Assembly (NCBI GenBank): GCA_965140445.1
Contig: OZ223236.1
Span: forward strand, 960,001 to 1,024,000
Reading direction: 5' to 3'
DNA length: 64,000 nt
Origin: Candidatus Ozemobacteraceae bacterium
Lineage (GTDB): Bacteria; Muiribacteriota; Ozemobacteria; Ozemobacterales; Ozemobacteraceae
Positions 39,101 through 48,328 of the stretch are shown in pieces. Under the pieces are notes generated by a model, which saw only the letters and a program-made list of their open reading frames with translations, was not told where the DNA came from and searched no databases. A program made the position numbers and the translations under genes. Within the stretch, counting starts at the first letter, position 1; every line of letters begins with the position of its first letter.

Positions 39101-40856
39101 TTAATTCGCCCCAATTCTCTTCTGATCCGAGAGCTCCAGTTGCAGGTGCGTATCTTTTGATTTTCTTTTGAACGAGTTGTTCAATAGTAACAATTTTATA
39201 ATCTCCAGCCTGTTCTGACCCGTCCGGGATAACAGTTGGAGGAGTTGGGTCTGTGTCATCGCCGCCATTATTGCTTCTTAGCCATGTGCTTACTTTTCCA
39301 AAGTTAGGATCAGAATTTGGATTGTTTACGTCCAACATTTTAGCAGCCATTACAGCATCTGAAGGAGTTTTTTCATTTCTCATAACATAGAGATAACCTT
39401 CTCCGTCAATCCCTATATCTTCAACTTCGCCGGAAAGCACTCCAACTACTTCAGGGGTTGGGGAGTCATTTTGCACAAAGTCTAATTTTTGAATAACCCC
39501 AGTTTCTTTGAAATATTCATATGCTATACCGCCGCGTCCCCACCATGAATCCTGCACGATGAATTTATCGGCTTTTGAAGCATAGATGAAATCCAGACCA
39601 TTTGCTGATGAAAAGTTTGAAGAAACACCAAGAACATTAATTTCATCAGGAGTAATTCCGGCGGCTTCAAGGTATCCTTTGTTGGTAATGATATCCGCAA
39701 AGGAACCATCTGATTTAGTTAATGAATATGGAACACTAACAGATGGATTGCTGCTAAAAACTACTCTTAAGGCAGCGTTTGCTTTGTCTGCTTCTGTAGA
39801 GAATGGTCCAGCTTTTTTACCTTCAGGGTTGAAACCGTATCTGTTTCCTCTGGTGGAAGTGAAAACATAAACTTCTGTCATCTGAGTTAAAACGTTGTTT
39901 TCTCCCAGAGTCCCACCAGGAATACAGTTGTCTCCGCAACCCTTTCCATAAGCTTCTGTTACTTTAATGTCTTTGGCGGACAATACGCCAGCACTTTGTT
40001 TGTAAGGCGCAGAGCAAGGATTGTAGTCGTTGGCAGCCCAGAGATCGAGGGTTTTGGTTCTGTGTTTGTAGATTCTTTTTACAACGCATGAAAATCTGGT
40101 TTTATCAGACTCATGGCCTGCATCAGCGTCTGTATACAGAAGAGTTGGTTTGGTATTTCCGTTTAAACCTATTGTTCCATCAAGTGGTTCGCCAGGAAAT
40201 TCTGTGTTTTTTGTTGTTCCGTATGCATAATATGCTCCAGCGCCCCAATGTGATGGGAGAATCCATTTTGTTGAATCTGTAGGGTGCTGAATTCCAGTTA
40301 CTCCATCCCACATTGGAGTTCCAAGTGTTCCGCTGGAACCGTTTAAATATTTAACTTCAGTTGGACCACCAAATTTTACAGCGTATGAATAGGTTGTTCC
40401 ACCGATGTTAATGTTCTTGTTCCAATATTTGCCTAGCTTGTGAACATTTATCCATGGTCCGTATTGTGAAGGGTTAATTATTTTCAGGTAAATAGCAGAG
40501 TCGTTTTCAAAGGCCATTCCTGTTGGTAACCAGCCTACTGGAGCTTGCTCCCAATCACTTGTCGCTCCACTTGTTGAAAGTAAATAGATCTGGCTTTTCT
40601 GGTTAGCACATAATCCGCTTACTTTTCCTGTGAAGCTATCCAGATTAAAGATTGGATACATTGAAACAGAGGAATTTGGAAGACCCGTAGCATAGGAATT
40701 TAGTCGATAAACTCCGTTTATTCCTTCCAGTTCCTTTGACAACAGTACATAAGTTATCCCGTTAAACACATCTGGTTGAGCAAGAACAGCGGCAGGTGAG
40801 ATTGCCAGACAAAAGCCCAGCAGAATTAAAACCGATTTAAAAAATTTCTTGCTCAT
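36159..40856 (-). CDS. Large secreted 1565-aa protein, putative pilus-tip adhesin (PilY1/PilC-like position)
   Basis: ggagga RBS; Sec signal ending VLA; beta-rich, Asn/Asp/Gly-rich; downstream of three minor pilins. Confidence 0.6.
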   Translation of the reverse strand: MSKKFFKSVLILLGFCLAISPAAVLAQPDVFNGITYVLLSKELEGINGVYRLNSYATGLPNSSVSMYPIFNLDSFTGKVSGLCANQKSQIYLLSTSGATSDWEQAPVGWLPTGMAFENDSAIYLKIINPSQYGPWINVHKLGKYWNKNINIGGTTYSYAVKFGGPTEVKYLNGSSGTLGTPMWDGVTGIQHPTDSTKWILPSHWGAGAYYAYGTTKNTEFPGEPLDGTIGLNGNTKPTLLYTDADAGHESDKTRFSCVVKRIYKHRTKTLDLWAANDYNPCSAPYKQSAGVLSAKDIKVTEAYGKGCGDNCIPGGTLGENNVLTQMTEVYVFTSTRGNRYGFNPEGKKAGPFSTEADKANAALRVVFSSNPSVSVPYSLTKSDGSFADIITNKGYLEAAGITPDEINVLGVSSNFSSANGLDFIYASKADKFIVQDSWWGRGGIAYEYFKETGVIQKLDFVQNDSPTPEVVGVLSGEVEDIGIDGEGYLYVMRNEKTPSDAVMAAKMLDVNNPNSDPNFGKVSTWLRSNNGGDDTDPTPPTVIPDGSEQAGDYKIVTIEQLVQKKIKRYAPATGALGSEENWGELNAGYDLWTRKIEKQSNGSLAWVGSAWSVEPEGERNSLFPGEMSVVNVAKIPEDYNSSPDKPHIIRLSAGAGSPPLNSTTSIAEGETLTLKIEGYKPFINGVRYGLKSIGNVVDPNTGTVIHSDLALNLVPAPDGTYNHDEDNDGVSSGFPSTMFESATKKTDITWTLKWIEGDLTNYTVLEEMDVTSLTTTNENGEINCKFPHPGNFILKANIKYNKFDYSVLATNPNARPSDLSSSVVQTESYEYLVKVYSATLALNQTQSYVSNITLKPLSRKFQNVTSNSTINSDYDIAEDKEMNAIEFSFDAQFVRDANVKSNINSALSTYDGVGVWDYLYYEKLYNEMKNVFANMDYSIPTGSISTTGHVYNYTAGSLNPISSNVNLNIYNPGWKKAGDNQNKHFCGTRMDIPPTSNDLRFIQWSMYLNPIRPPNIASETAPTADSVIPRGTKIAQGNCAESSPIVTMTEIGDRKYRFNIKVPQGRIEKIATPIDPETYALHLEIVYPRVSWNNSDLGDTTTTENRFSSLVPYVEDGVANSKPIHIISKIQATENGANFLANQSFKVTDGETLYASAKDYWNILVRDSDIPKVTDAMSDTIIQTTNDPVDDVEVEFQVSDNNPMADIKDFELAFEKVDEARPCDTSDANKPYTLLGTKISDVTHNPGPNSDTFYKEDSWLKTSTFKQNIAYYGPTGPFTQDGTLANWVGNLNYTAFGEIHDGIGTDSQDISHKFYLADAWNDIYPSAALPEGGVQMFSKAVTRIDNDPPTLEVELVSQIDNRRWVFKLEENEKDLVRVPTTPELLGKCSLTAACYNLQNNSGISSYTANDIEGCAAYPTPIGTTLVDTQLVLGDSSIPAFRRSSRLLVNINITDNVNYKALKEATISITDLTDGANSSMLPANANLISKVSSVDSSGAPNTQLDKPRARFSIDMPMKVVAGTNQVRITLQAKDDQGNERTITIPVRILDNTFNTRVLENKEIRTN

Positions 40857-40890
40857 ATTAAATTTCCTCCGAAGGGATGTTAAGTTAAAA

Positions 40891-41820
40891 CTAGTTTTCG
40901 ATAAGTTTTTTATAGAACTTTTGTATAAAGTCTCTTTGTTCTTTTTTTACGTTGTATTTTTGGTAGATATAGTCGATTACAGCAGGTGTCATGTTAATTC
41001 CACCTTTAAGAACAAATCGTGCCAATCTTGGATCAGCACAATTCATAAGGTTTCTATTCTTGTTTTCAAGCCAGTTTTTAAGGGCAGCGGCACGGTTCTG
41101 TTCTGCTTCTTTTTCGTCTTCCTCAACTTTGGTCATGTCAGCTGCAAAAAAATCTTTCATGGGGTTGGTTGACATAACTTTGCTTGAGAATGATCTGTCA
41201 AAAGCGAAAGAACTGTTAAAGACGAATGGAATATCGTAATGGGTGGCGATTGCGTCAATGGCCTTGTAGCTGTCATCTAAAATGATTTCAAAAACTTTGG
41301 CCGTTTCTTTGTGCGTGGCAAAGCTGGTGTAAGCGCTTTCCTTATTAAGTTTTTGAAGTTGGTTTTCCATCATTTTTATGCCTGTTTTTATTTCACTGAG
41401 TTTCGCATAAAACTCTCTATCGAGCTTGCTCCTCTTTTCATTATACAGCTCAGTAGAAATTTGGGAACCTTTTGTACCTAATTTTGTGCTATTTGATATT
41501 TTTTTTGCATCTTTGAGGTATTTTTTTTCTTCAGCATCCCTTTCTTTCTTTAGCGCAGAAAGATTTGCTTTTATTTGATTAATTTCTGTTGTTAGATTAT
41601 TGCGATTTTCCGCTTCTTTTTTCTTAATATCCTTTTCATCAATAGCATTGAGACTAAACCGCGAAAGTTTGCTATCAAAATTTTTCATGGTGGGATGAAG
41701 CAGGATTACTTCAGCGACGTTTACATAACCAAATTGGACTTTTGCTGTTGGTTTTTCAGCGAAAGTCAGGGGTGTGTTACAAATAATAAAAATTGATAAT
41801 AGCAAAAATAATTTTTTCAT
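40891..41820 (-). CDS. OmpH/Skp-like periplasmic chaperone with an extended coiled coil
   Basis: 'FGYVNVAEVILLHP'...'AIDAIATHYDIPFVFN'...'INMTPAVI' Skp-type pattern; signal peptide. Confidence 0.6.
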   Translation of the reverse strand: MKKLFLLLSIFIICNTPLTFAEKPTAKVQFGYVNVAEVILLHPTMKNFDSKLSRFSLNAIDEKDIKKKEAENRNNLTTEINQIKANLSALKKERDAEEKKYLKDAKKISNSTKLGTKGSQISTELYNEKRSKLDREFYAKLSEIKTGIKMMENQLQKLNKESAYTSFATHKETAKVFEIILDDSYKAIDAIATHYDIPFVFNSSFAFDRSFSSKVMSTNPMKDFFAADMTKVEEDEKEAEQNRAAALKNWLENKNRNLMNCADPRLARFVLKGGINMTPAVIDYIYQKYNVKKEQRDFIQKFYKKLIEN

Positions 41821-41821
41821 T

Positions 41822-42544
41822 TTACCAGCCTCCTGTTGAAGAATGAGCTACTAAACTTACATTTGGATTACCTATCGCAGTTTCTGTTCTAACTGTTTTT
41901 CCTCTGGGATATTTACAGCTAATGTCAACTTGAAATGGCCCGCCAGGTGATGCTGGGGGAGTACATAAAATTGATTCTACGTCTTCAACCAAAACGGATT
42001 TAAAAATTCTATTGGCGGAACCAGGTGGGACAAGTGCTCTTCCTAAGACAATTACCTGATCTGCGTTGACCACTTCATTGTATTGATGGTAAAGGAGTTG
42101 TCCTTCGCTTGTTAAGGAAACTATGTGATAAGTAAGGCTTGCAGCCTTGTTTTCCTGATAGCCAATTTTTCCTGGTGTTGATTCAGTAATGTAAAACACT
42201 TTAGTGGCGGGGGTGTTTGTGTCAGCTACTACAGCAGCCTGGGTTGCACAAAGTAATCCCCCGGAATAATAATGCAGGCCGAAGTCGTCAGTATCTCTCT
42301 CTTGTATTCGCCCCGGAAAGGTTAAGGCAGAAGGATATGAAGACTTATTTAAAATTGAATTAATTTGCCGACAGGCAATTCTGAGCGTATTTGTGGTTCT
42401 TTGAATCCACAAGGTTTGTCCGCTCATTGACTGTCCGCCGGAGTATAAGCTGAAAAGCCCGGTCATGAAAAGTCCCAGAACTGCAGATGCGATAATAATC
42501 TCAATCAGGGTAAACCCGGACTTCCTGGAGTGACTAGTTAACAT
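41822..42544 (-). CDS. Type IV minor pilin/pseudopilin (PilW/GspJ-like)
   Basis: Class III signal SG|FTLIEIIIAS. Confidence 0.85.
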   Translation of the reverse strand: MLTSHSRKSGFTLIEIIIASAVLGLFMTGLFSLYSGGQSMSGQTLWIQRTTNTLRIACRQINSILNKSSYPSALTFPGRIQERDTDDFGLHYYSGGLLCATQAAVVADTNTPATKVFYITESTPGKIGYQENKAASLTYHIVSLTSEGQLLYHQYNEVVNADQVIVLGRALVPPGSANRIFKSVLVEDVESILCTPPASPGGPFQVDISCKYPRGKTVRTETAIGNPNVSLVAHSSTGGW

Positions 42545-43238
42545 TGTCTCTGAATACCTTTACTGTTTTTTTCATTTCGTGGTTCCAATTGTTTCCTCTG
42601 GCTGTTGTTATTGATGAAGCGACTGTAATTTCCACAATTGCGACGTTGTTAACTGTGCTTGGACCTGTTTCAGCTATATCTCTTGCAACAATATCAAGAT
42701 TCGTAATGTCGTATTGCCCAGAAAAAGGTTCACGCATTAATCCTTTTATGTCGGCAGGCATGTTTATAGAATCTAAACTCATGATACTGTTTGTTCCATT
42801 AATTCCCGAATTAATGTCTGCTTTAAATGAAGCCAGCCATTTTTTGTGTAGCCCACCGGCCAATGTAAAATCCTGAGTGAAAAGATTGTTATTAGTAAAT
42901 GCTCCAGATTTATATAAAAAAATCGGACCAGGGTTATAAGAAGTTATTGCGGTAGCTGGATTTCCAAGACTTGTAACCTGAGTAAAATCAAAAAGTGGAT
43001 TCCTTCCCTGGGCAAGACACACCGCATCATAAAGCTCTCTATTAAGTAACTTAATTTTTATCATGGCATGCTGAAAGGCTGCTCTGGTAACAAAGTGGGC
43101 TTGTAATTGGGCCACGTTTGTTTCATTAAATTTATTATATTGCCGGGACTGCTTTATGATAAAGGTAGCTAACACTCCCAGAATTGAAGCGAAAATTAAA
43201 ACAAGGGGAACGGCAAATCCTTTTTTACTATTAGTCAT
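42534..43238 (-). CDS. PilX/GspK-like minor pilin
   Basis: KKG|FAVPLVLI, no Glu5; 'QAHFVTRAAFQHA' PilX-type helix. Confidence 0.7.
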   Translation of the reverse strand: MTNSKKGFAVPLVLIFASILGVLATFIIKQSRQYNKFNETNVAQLQAHFVTRAAFQHAMIKIKLLNRELYDAVCLAQGRNPLFDFTQVTSLGNPATAITSYNPGPIFLYKSGAFTNNNLFTQDFTLAGGLHKKWLASFKADINSGINGTNSIMSLDSINMPADIKGLMREPFSGQYDITNLDIVARDIAETGPSTVNNVAIVEITVASSITTARGNNWNHEMKKTVKVFRDNVN

Positions 43239-43240
43239 GG

Positions 43241-43993
43241 TTAATTCAAAGCCGCCTTAGCTGTAAAAACTTCAATTGACCTCTCGTGAGAGTCGTTTAC
43301 CCATTTAATACGAAGTAAAATCCTTTTCATAACACAGGCGTTATTGCCTGGCACTCCGTTTGGAACACCAAGGTCCAGTGCTGAAAGAGTTTGGGTTGCC
43401 AGTTGAGTTACGGATGCGTCATAGGGAGTGACAGCTTCATTTCTTACGTAAAGCGGGTCATATCCATTGCCACTCATGGTATACCAGATATTTTTTCCCA
43501 TTGCGTCCTGTTGATTTTCATACAGGGGTCTGGGCAAAAAATTGAATGTCAGATGGTTTGGGTTATCTTTGTCATTAGAAGAAACCGGGAAAACAAAGAG
43601 TTTTATATTGTATGTTACGTTTCTCTCGTCAACAATTGCTCCCCTGGCATAATTGTCTGCTCCGCTGGTGTTGCCCAGGAGTTGAAGAAAGGGACTGCAA
43701 TCGTAGACAGGTGAAGTCAGGTTGGATAGTTCGCCCACGTTGCTTTCAGGGTTTGCTCCGTCCAGGTCAGCTACTTGTATTCCAGAGCTTTTAATTGAAT
43801 CGAAAGGTACATCGTCTAATAATGTGTCAAGAATATTTCGAGCTGTAGTTTGGGCAAATGCATGCGAATTAAAAGAGTCGGTATCTCTGGAGCCCGACCC
43901 AATAACGCCTATAATAGGAATGAAAGCAAACGCAAGTATGAGTAGCGCAGCCATGATTTCAAGCAAGGTTATGCCGTTACGAAGACTGAACAT
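43241..43993 (-). CDS. Type IV minor pilin (PilV/GspI-like)
   Basis: RNG|ITLLEIMAALLIL. Confidence 0.8.
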   Translation of the reverse strand: MFSLRNGITLLEIMAALLILAFAFIPIIGVIGSGSRDTDSFNSHAFAQTTARNILDTLLDDVPFDSIKSSGIQVADLDGANPESNVGELSNLTSPVYDCSPFLQLLGNTSGADNYARGAIVDERNVTYNIKLFVFPVSSNDKDNPNHLTFNFLPRPLYENQQDAMGKNIWYTMSGNGYDPLYVRNEAVTPYDASVTQLATQTLSALDLGVPNGVPGNNACVMKRILLRIKWVNDSHERSIEVFTAKAALN

Positions 43994-44266
43994 TGTTTGT
44001 GGGTTCCCTCTCGAAGTATAAATATATGTTAAGGCAATCTCACCATTAAGACAAGCCTAAGTTAGTATAATTCTGTTTCAGGAATTGTTTTTGAATAAAA
44101 AAAAATGTTGTTGTATATCGTCTATGGGACTTGCTTTTAATGCCTGGAGATATCTCTGGAAAAGAAAAAGGTTGTGTTTTGATCTGTAGACTGCTACTAT
44201 AGATGAACGTTCCAAAGCAATTTGAAACGCTCTATGCTCTAGCCAAAAGGCTTTTTGCATAATCGT

Positions 44267-44340
<74 letters not shown>

Positions 44341-44344
44341 TTGA

Positions 44345-44378
44345 AAAGTAGGTCTGTGTAAACAGACCTACTTTTTTT
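44345..44378 (+). terminator. Rho-independent terminator after tRNA-fMet
   Basis: aaagtaggtctg/cagacctactttttt. Confidence 0.85.
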
Positions 44379-44413
44379 GTTCCTGAATTTACGGAAAAAT
44401 CTTTAAAAATTAG

Positions 44414-44442
44414 TTGACTTTATCTAAAACCGCTGATAAGAT
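44414..44442 (+). promoter_or_regulatory. Sigma70-type promoter of the tRNA-Leu/fMet pair
   Basis: TTGACT-17 nt-TAAGAT with an extended TG. Confidence 0.7.
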
Positions 44443-44455
44443 ATTAAAACAATCC

Positions 44456-44539
44456 GCCGGGATGGCGGAATTGGCAGACGCACCGGACTTAAAATCCGGC
44501 GGGATTAAACCCATGCCGGTTCAAGCCCGGCTCCCGGCA
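44456..44539 (+). tRNA. tRNA-Leu (TAA); CCA not encoded
   Basis: gccggga acceptor stem, ccggactTAAaatccgg anticodon arm, long variable arm. Confidence 0.95.
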
Positions 44540-44547
44540 CACAACGA

Positions 44548-44621
<74 letters not shown>

Positions 44622-44669
44622 ATGCTAAAAATTAGGGCCTGAACTATTTCGGGCCTTTGTTTTTACCAA

Positions 44670-44743
44670 GGCAAGGTAGCTCAGCTGGCTAGAGCACACG
44701 GTTCATACCCGTGAGGTCGTCGGTTCGATCCCGACTCTTGCTA
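44670..44743 (+). tRNA. tRNA-Met (CAT), elongator type; CCA not encoded
   Basis: ggcaagg acceptor stem; 'cacggttCATacccgtg' anticodon arm resembles Firmicutes elongator tRNA-Met. Confidence 0.9.
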
Positions 44744-44785
44744 TTCGACCCCCATTTTATGGGGGTTTTTCTATTTAAGGCTGTT

Positions 44786-46147
44786 ATGAAAAAAGTTTCT
44801 GGTGTTTCGCAAAAGCTTATTAGTAAATTTTCTCCAAAGGTAAGCTGTAAAAAAATCGCATTAGCTATCTCTGGCGGTTGCGATTCAGTAGCCTTGTTTT
44901 TTTTACTTAGAGAATATTGCCGGATTAATTCCAGTGAGTTGGTTTGCTATCATGTTGACCATAATTTGAGGGCTGATAGTTCAAGGGATGCCAGGTTTGT
45001 GGCAGAGCTTTGCATGGAAAATGGAGTAAAGCTATTTTCAAAAACTTTAGAGAAGCCTTCTGCGTTAGATCTTAAGCATATTGGAATTGAGAAGTGGGCT
45101 AGAAAAAGTAGATATAGCGCATTTGTTGAATTTTCAAAAGAGTCGGGAGCTGAAATTGTTGCCACAGCACACAACGCCAATGATCAGACTGAAACGATTC
45201 TTATGCGTATGATGAGAGGAACATCAATGGATGGTTTTTCTGGCATCAGACCTTTTCGCAAGTTAAGGTTTGATGGCATTTGTTTGCAGCTATGGCGCCC
45301 AATGCTTGGAATAAGTAGAAAAGAATTAGAAAGCTATTTGGGAGGCTTTGAGCAGAGCTGGTGCGAGGATTTAACCAATAAGGATTTGCGGTTTTTCCGG
45401 AATTACCTGCGAAAAAAAGTGGTTCCAGAGCTTGATTTGGCACTTCCTGGAGCGCTTAAACATATTTCCCTTCTAAGTTCTGATATTTCGGAGCATTTCC
45501 AGTATGTCAAAAAATTGACGCGAAAGATTTTTAGGGCAAATTATGGTGATAATCGTCTAAAAATTCCCAGAAAAATCTCGAAAGTGTTAATTAAAGAACT
45601 TGTGAAGGTGTTTTTATTTGAGTCTGGAAATGAGAGTTATGTAAACCGAAAAAACATTGAAAATGTTGTAACCCTTTGTAGAAGCGGTAAGTCGGGGAAA
45701 ATTTCTCTTGGCCGGGAAAAACTAATTTATTTTTCTGAAAATCAATTATCCATTAAAAACAAAAGCATTGAGAAAATTTTCGAAGAAAAAAAAATTCTTT
45801 CAGGTGAAGCAATTAATTTTGGAGATTTAGAGGTTGTTCTTGGGGATTGTTTAAAAATGAAAAGAGCAGATTTTCATTTCTGGATCGATCCCGAAGTCAT
45901 TAAAGGTGATTTGATTGTCAGGTATAGAAGGGCAGGAGATAGATTGGAAATTAAGAATTCAAAGGGAAGAAAGAAAATCTCAGACCTTTTTATAGACAAG
46001 AAAGTGCCGGTTTTTGAACGTGAAAAAGTTGTTTTGTTTTGTGACTCTGAAAAGGTTTTGTTTGTACCGGGAATGGTGTGCGGCAGGGGAGTTTTTGAAT
46101 CTCCTCAAGAAGGCCACTTATGCATTTCTGTTAAAATTGCTGAATAG
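44786..46147 (+). CDS. tilS: tRNA(Ile)-lysidine synthetase
   Basis: AISGGCDS, HVDHNLR, TAHNANDQTETILMRMMRG, EDLTN..RNYLR; C-terminal GRKKISDLFIDKKVP. Confidence 0.95.
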   Translation: MKKVSGVSQKLISKFSPKVSCKKIALAISGGCDSVALFFLLREYCRINSSELVCYHVDHNLRADSSRDARFVAELCMENGVKLFSKTLEKPSALDLKHIGIEKWARKSRYSAFVEFSKESGAEIVATAHNANDQTETILMRMMRGTSMDGFSGIRPFRKLRFDGICLQLWRPMLGISRKELESYLGGFEQSWCEDLTNKDLRFFRNYLRKKVVPELDLALPGALKHISLLSSDISEHFQYVKKLTRKIFRANYGDNRLKIPRKISKVLIKELVKVFLFESGNESYVNRKNIENVVTLCRSGKSGKISLGREKLIYFSENQLSIKNKSIEKIFEEKKILSGEAINFGDLEVVLGDCLKMKRADFHFWIDPEVIKGDLIVRYRRAGDRLEIKNSKGRKKISDLFIDKKVPVFEREKVVLFCDSEKVLFVPGMVCGRGVFESPQEGHLCISVKIAE

Positions 46148-46151
46148 CTTG

Positions 46152-46571
46152 TTAATCTTGAAGATAGAACAACTTCCATGCTTCAGGGTCTAGATTGGAA
46201 GTGTTGTTTACAGCTTCTGCAAGAATGGAATTATTTAATTCTTCGCCGCTAATCTGAGCTTTAAAACGAATTGCATTTGTAGAAATTCTATTGGTAGTCA
46301 GGGTGAGCTTAATTCCGGGGGATATTTCCTGGGTGCTCATATCAAGTTTTCCCGCTGGAATTGATTCTCCGGATTTAATTTTCTGAAGTTTTAAAATGAT
46401 AGCTGATTCCATTTTATAATCTGCTTTTAAAAGGGTGGAAGCGGCTATGGATATGGATTGTTTCACGTTTCCAAGGAATGCTGCAAGAACTATTACCATA
46501 AAGGTAAGAATTACGGCCATTACCAGGTGAATAGTAACACCAGCTTTATTGCGAAGGCGCATTTTCTTCAC
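46152..46571 (-). CDS. PilX-like pilin-type protein
   Basis: KAG|VTIHLVMAVIL, no Glu5; 'KADYKMESAI'. Confidence 0.55.
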   Translation of the reverse strand: MKKMRLRNKAGVTIHLVMAVILTFMVIVLAAFLGNVKQSISIAASTLLKADYKMESAIILKLQKIKSGESIPAGKLDMSTQEISPGIKLTLTTNRISTNAIRFKAQISGEELNNSILAEAVNNTSNLDPEAWKLFYLQD

Positions 46572-47001
46572 CTCTCAGTGCAAAAGATGTGATAAATGGT
46601 ATCTGCATTTGGTCCTCTGGGAACAGATAAGTGGTAAGCAGATTTTTTATTTTTGGATCTGCTTTGAAACTTGCCTTTTCAAGGTTGCTTAAAATTACTT
46701 CTGAGCGATTGTTAGTATCAATTCTGACAAAAGATTTATTCACAAATTTATAGGTTATGCTTTTTTCGGGTTTAATTTTAAGAGAAAAGCTATCAGAGGC
46801 TGTTTCCAGACCAAATGCGTAGCGACAATCCTGACGAATCAAATATAGAACCTTTGAATATTGCTTGACGATGTCTGCTTTTCCGGAGGAATCAAGCTCT
46901 TTCGCCTGATAAAACTGAAAAACAGCCATAATTGAGGTAAGCAAAATAATTACAAAGGCAATAACCAGGATTGATTCAAATGAAAGTTCACCTTTTCTCA
47001 T
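46546..47001 (-). CDS. Atypical pseudopilin (PilW/GspJ-like)
   Basis: MRKGELSFESILVIAFVIILL; 'IRQDCRYA'. Confidence 0.55.
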   Translation of the reverse strand: MRKGELSFESILVIAFVIILLTSIMAVFQFYQAKELDSSGKADIVKQYSKVLYLIRQDCRYAFGLETASDSFSLKIKPEKSITYKFVNKSFVRIDTNNRSEVILSNLEKASFKADPKIKNLLTTYLFPEDQMQIPFITSFALRGEENAPSQ

Positions 47002-47543
47002 TCGTCATCTCCATCTCCATCTCCATCTGAAAGAAAATCTGGTTGAGGGTGAGCCAGTAGTCGTTCAAGAAAAACTCTCATTTTCTTGTCTTCGAAGGTA
47101 TAGCCAATGTAAGCAATAACTTTATACAGGTTTCCTTCAAGATAATATGTGTCTACCTGGCAACTAAATGGTTTCAAAGACCAGAAAATCTGTTTATCTG
47201 ATTTTTCAGAAACCGAATCGTTTTCAGGAGAAAAGGAATTGAAATATTCTGAGACCGACTTTCCTGAAACAGCCTCTGCCACAATAGGTTCTGATTCAGT
47301 CATTACTGGCAGATACTCTGCATTCATCATTTTTTTTGCAACCATGGTTTCAACAACATGGTGCGCTAAGAGTGTTGCCAGGAATTCCTGCTGGGTTTTG
47401 GGCTGATTGGGTTTAGCTATTTTAAACAAATACACTATAGGGTACAGGGCGGATGTGAGAATTGATAAGGCTAATAAGAGCTCTAAAAGATTGGTGCCAC
47501 TCTTACTATATCCGTGTTTAAAACGCTTCGACAGAAATTTCAT
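46998..47543 (-). CDS. Type IV minor pilin (PilV-like)
   Basis: KSG|TNLLELLLALSIL. Confidence 0.7.
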   Translation of the reverse strand: MKFLSKRFKHGYSKSGTNLLELLLALSILTSALYPIVYLFKIAKPNQPKTQQEFLATLLAHHVVETMVAKKMMNAEYLPVMTESEPIVAEAVSGKSVSEYFNSFSPENDSVSEKSDKQIFWSLKPFSCQVDTYYLEGNLYKVIAYIGYTFEDKKMRVFLERLLAHPQPDFLSDGDGDGDDE

Positions 47544-47549
47544 TTGTCC

Positions 47550-47558
47550 ATTATATCA
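47550..47558 (-). promoter_or_regulatory. Extended -10 promoter giving a probable leaderless mRNA
   Basis: TGaTATAAT, 6 nt, then ATG at 47543. Confidence 0.65.
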
Positions 47559-47673
47559 TGCAAATTTAAAATTTGTGCGAGTTTTCATGCCAAAGTTTCA
47601 CCTTTGCTATAAATATTCCAAAGCAAAGTGCCGATTATGTTCGCAGGAATATTTCCCACGGAAGGAGCGGGAC

Positions 47674-48300
47674 ATGGTTAAAAGATTTCAGTTTTTATTT
47701 GCTCTGGTGCTAGGAATGGCACTGTTAACAGCCGTTGGTTGTGGAACGAAGAGCACTTTGCGCGGCACTATAGTTGGAACGGTAGTTGATTCGCAAACAG
47801 GTATAGGGGTTGCAGGGGCAACAGTTATGACTTCCCCATCAACAAATACTGTGACAACGGATATTAATGGTAATTTTACTCTTGCGGATATTGAGCCAGG
47901 TGTTTACACAGTAACCTCACATGCAACTGATTATAACTCAAATTCGCTTACAGTAAGCGTTGATAGTGGCGTGTCTGCAACAACTCACATTGTTCTTGTA
48001 TCTATGGGCGGAAGTTTTTCAAGAAATATTCTTCCAATCATGAATGTAAACTGTGCAATCGTTGGTTGTCATAATGATAGTTCTGCAGCTGCTGGACTTC
48101 GTTTGAACAGTTATAACAATGTTATGAAGGGCTCAAAATATGGAGCAGTTGTTTATCCGTATGATGCTCAGGGTAGTAAGGTTGTAAAAAGAATCAAGGG
48201 TACTGAAACTCCAAGGATGCCCAAAAATAGACCTGCTTTATCAACCTCAGATCAAGGTCTGATTTCAAACTGGATTAACGGTGGAGCTAGAAATAACTAG
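47674..48300 (+). CDS. Lipoprotein: carboxypeptidase-regulatory-like domain plus Planctomycete-type cytochrome c domain
   Basis: aaggag RBS; lipobox AVGC; 'TTDINGNFTLADIEPGVYTV'; 'ILPIMNVNCAIVGCH...GLRL...PRMP...WINGGA'. Confidence 0.8.
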   Translation: MVKRFQFLFALVLGMALLTAVGCGTKSTLRGTIVGTVVDSQTGIGVAGATVMTSPSTNTVTTDINGNFTLADIEPGVYTVTSHATDYNSNSLTVSVDSGVSATTHIVLVSMGGSFSRNILPIMNVNCAIVGCHNDSSAAAGLRLNSYNNVMKGSKYGAVVYPYDAQGSKVVKRIKGTETPRMPKNRPALSTSDQGLISNWINGGARNN

Positions 48301-48328
48301 TTCAAGTAAGATTTATCAGGAGTATTAG

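Noticed and set aside
47028..47047. ctccat hexamer repeat
   Set aside because: Only about three units, encoding an acidic DG tail; no evidence of phase variation.
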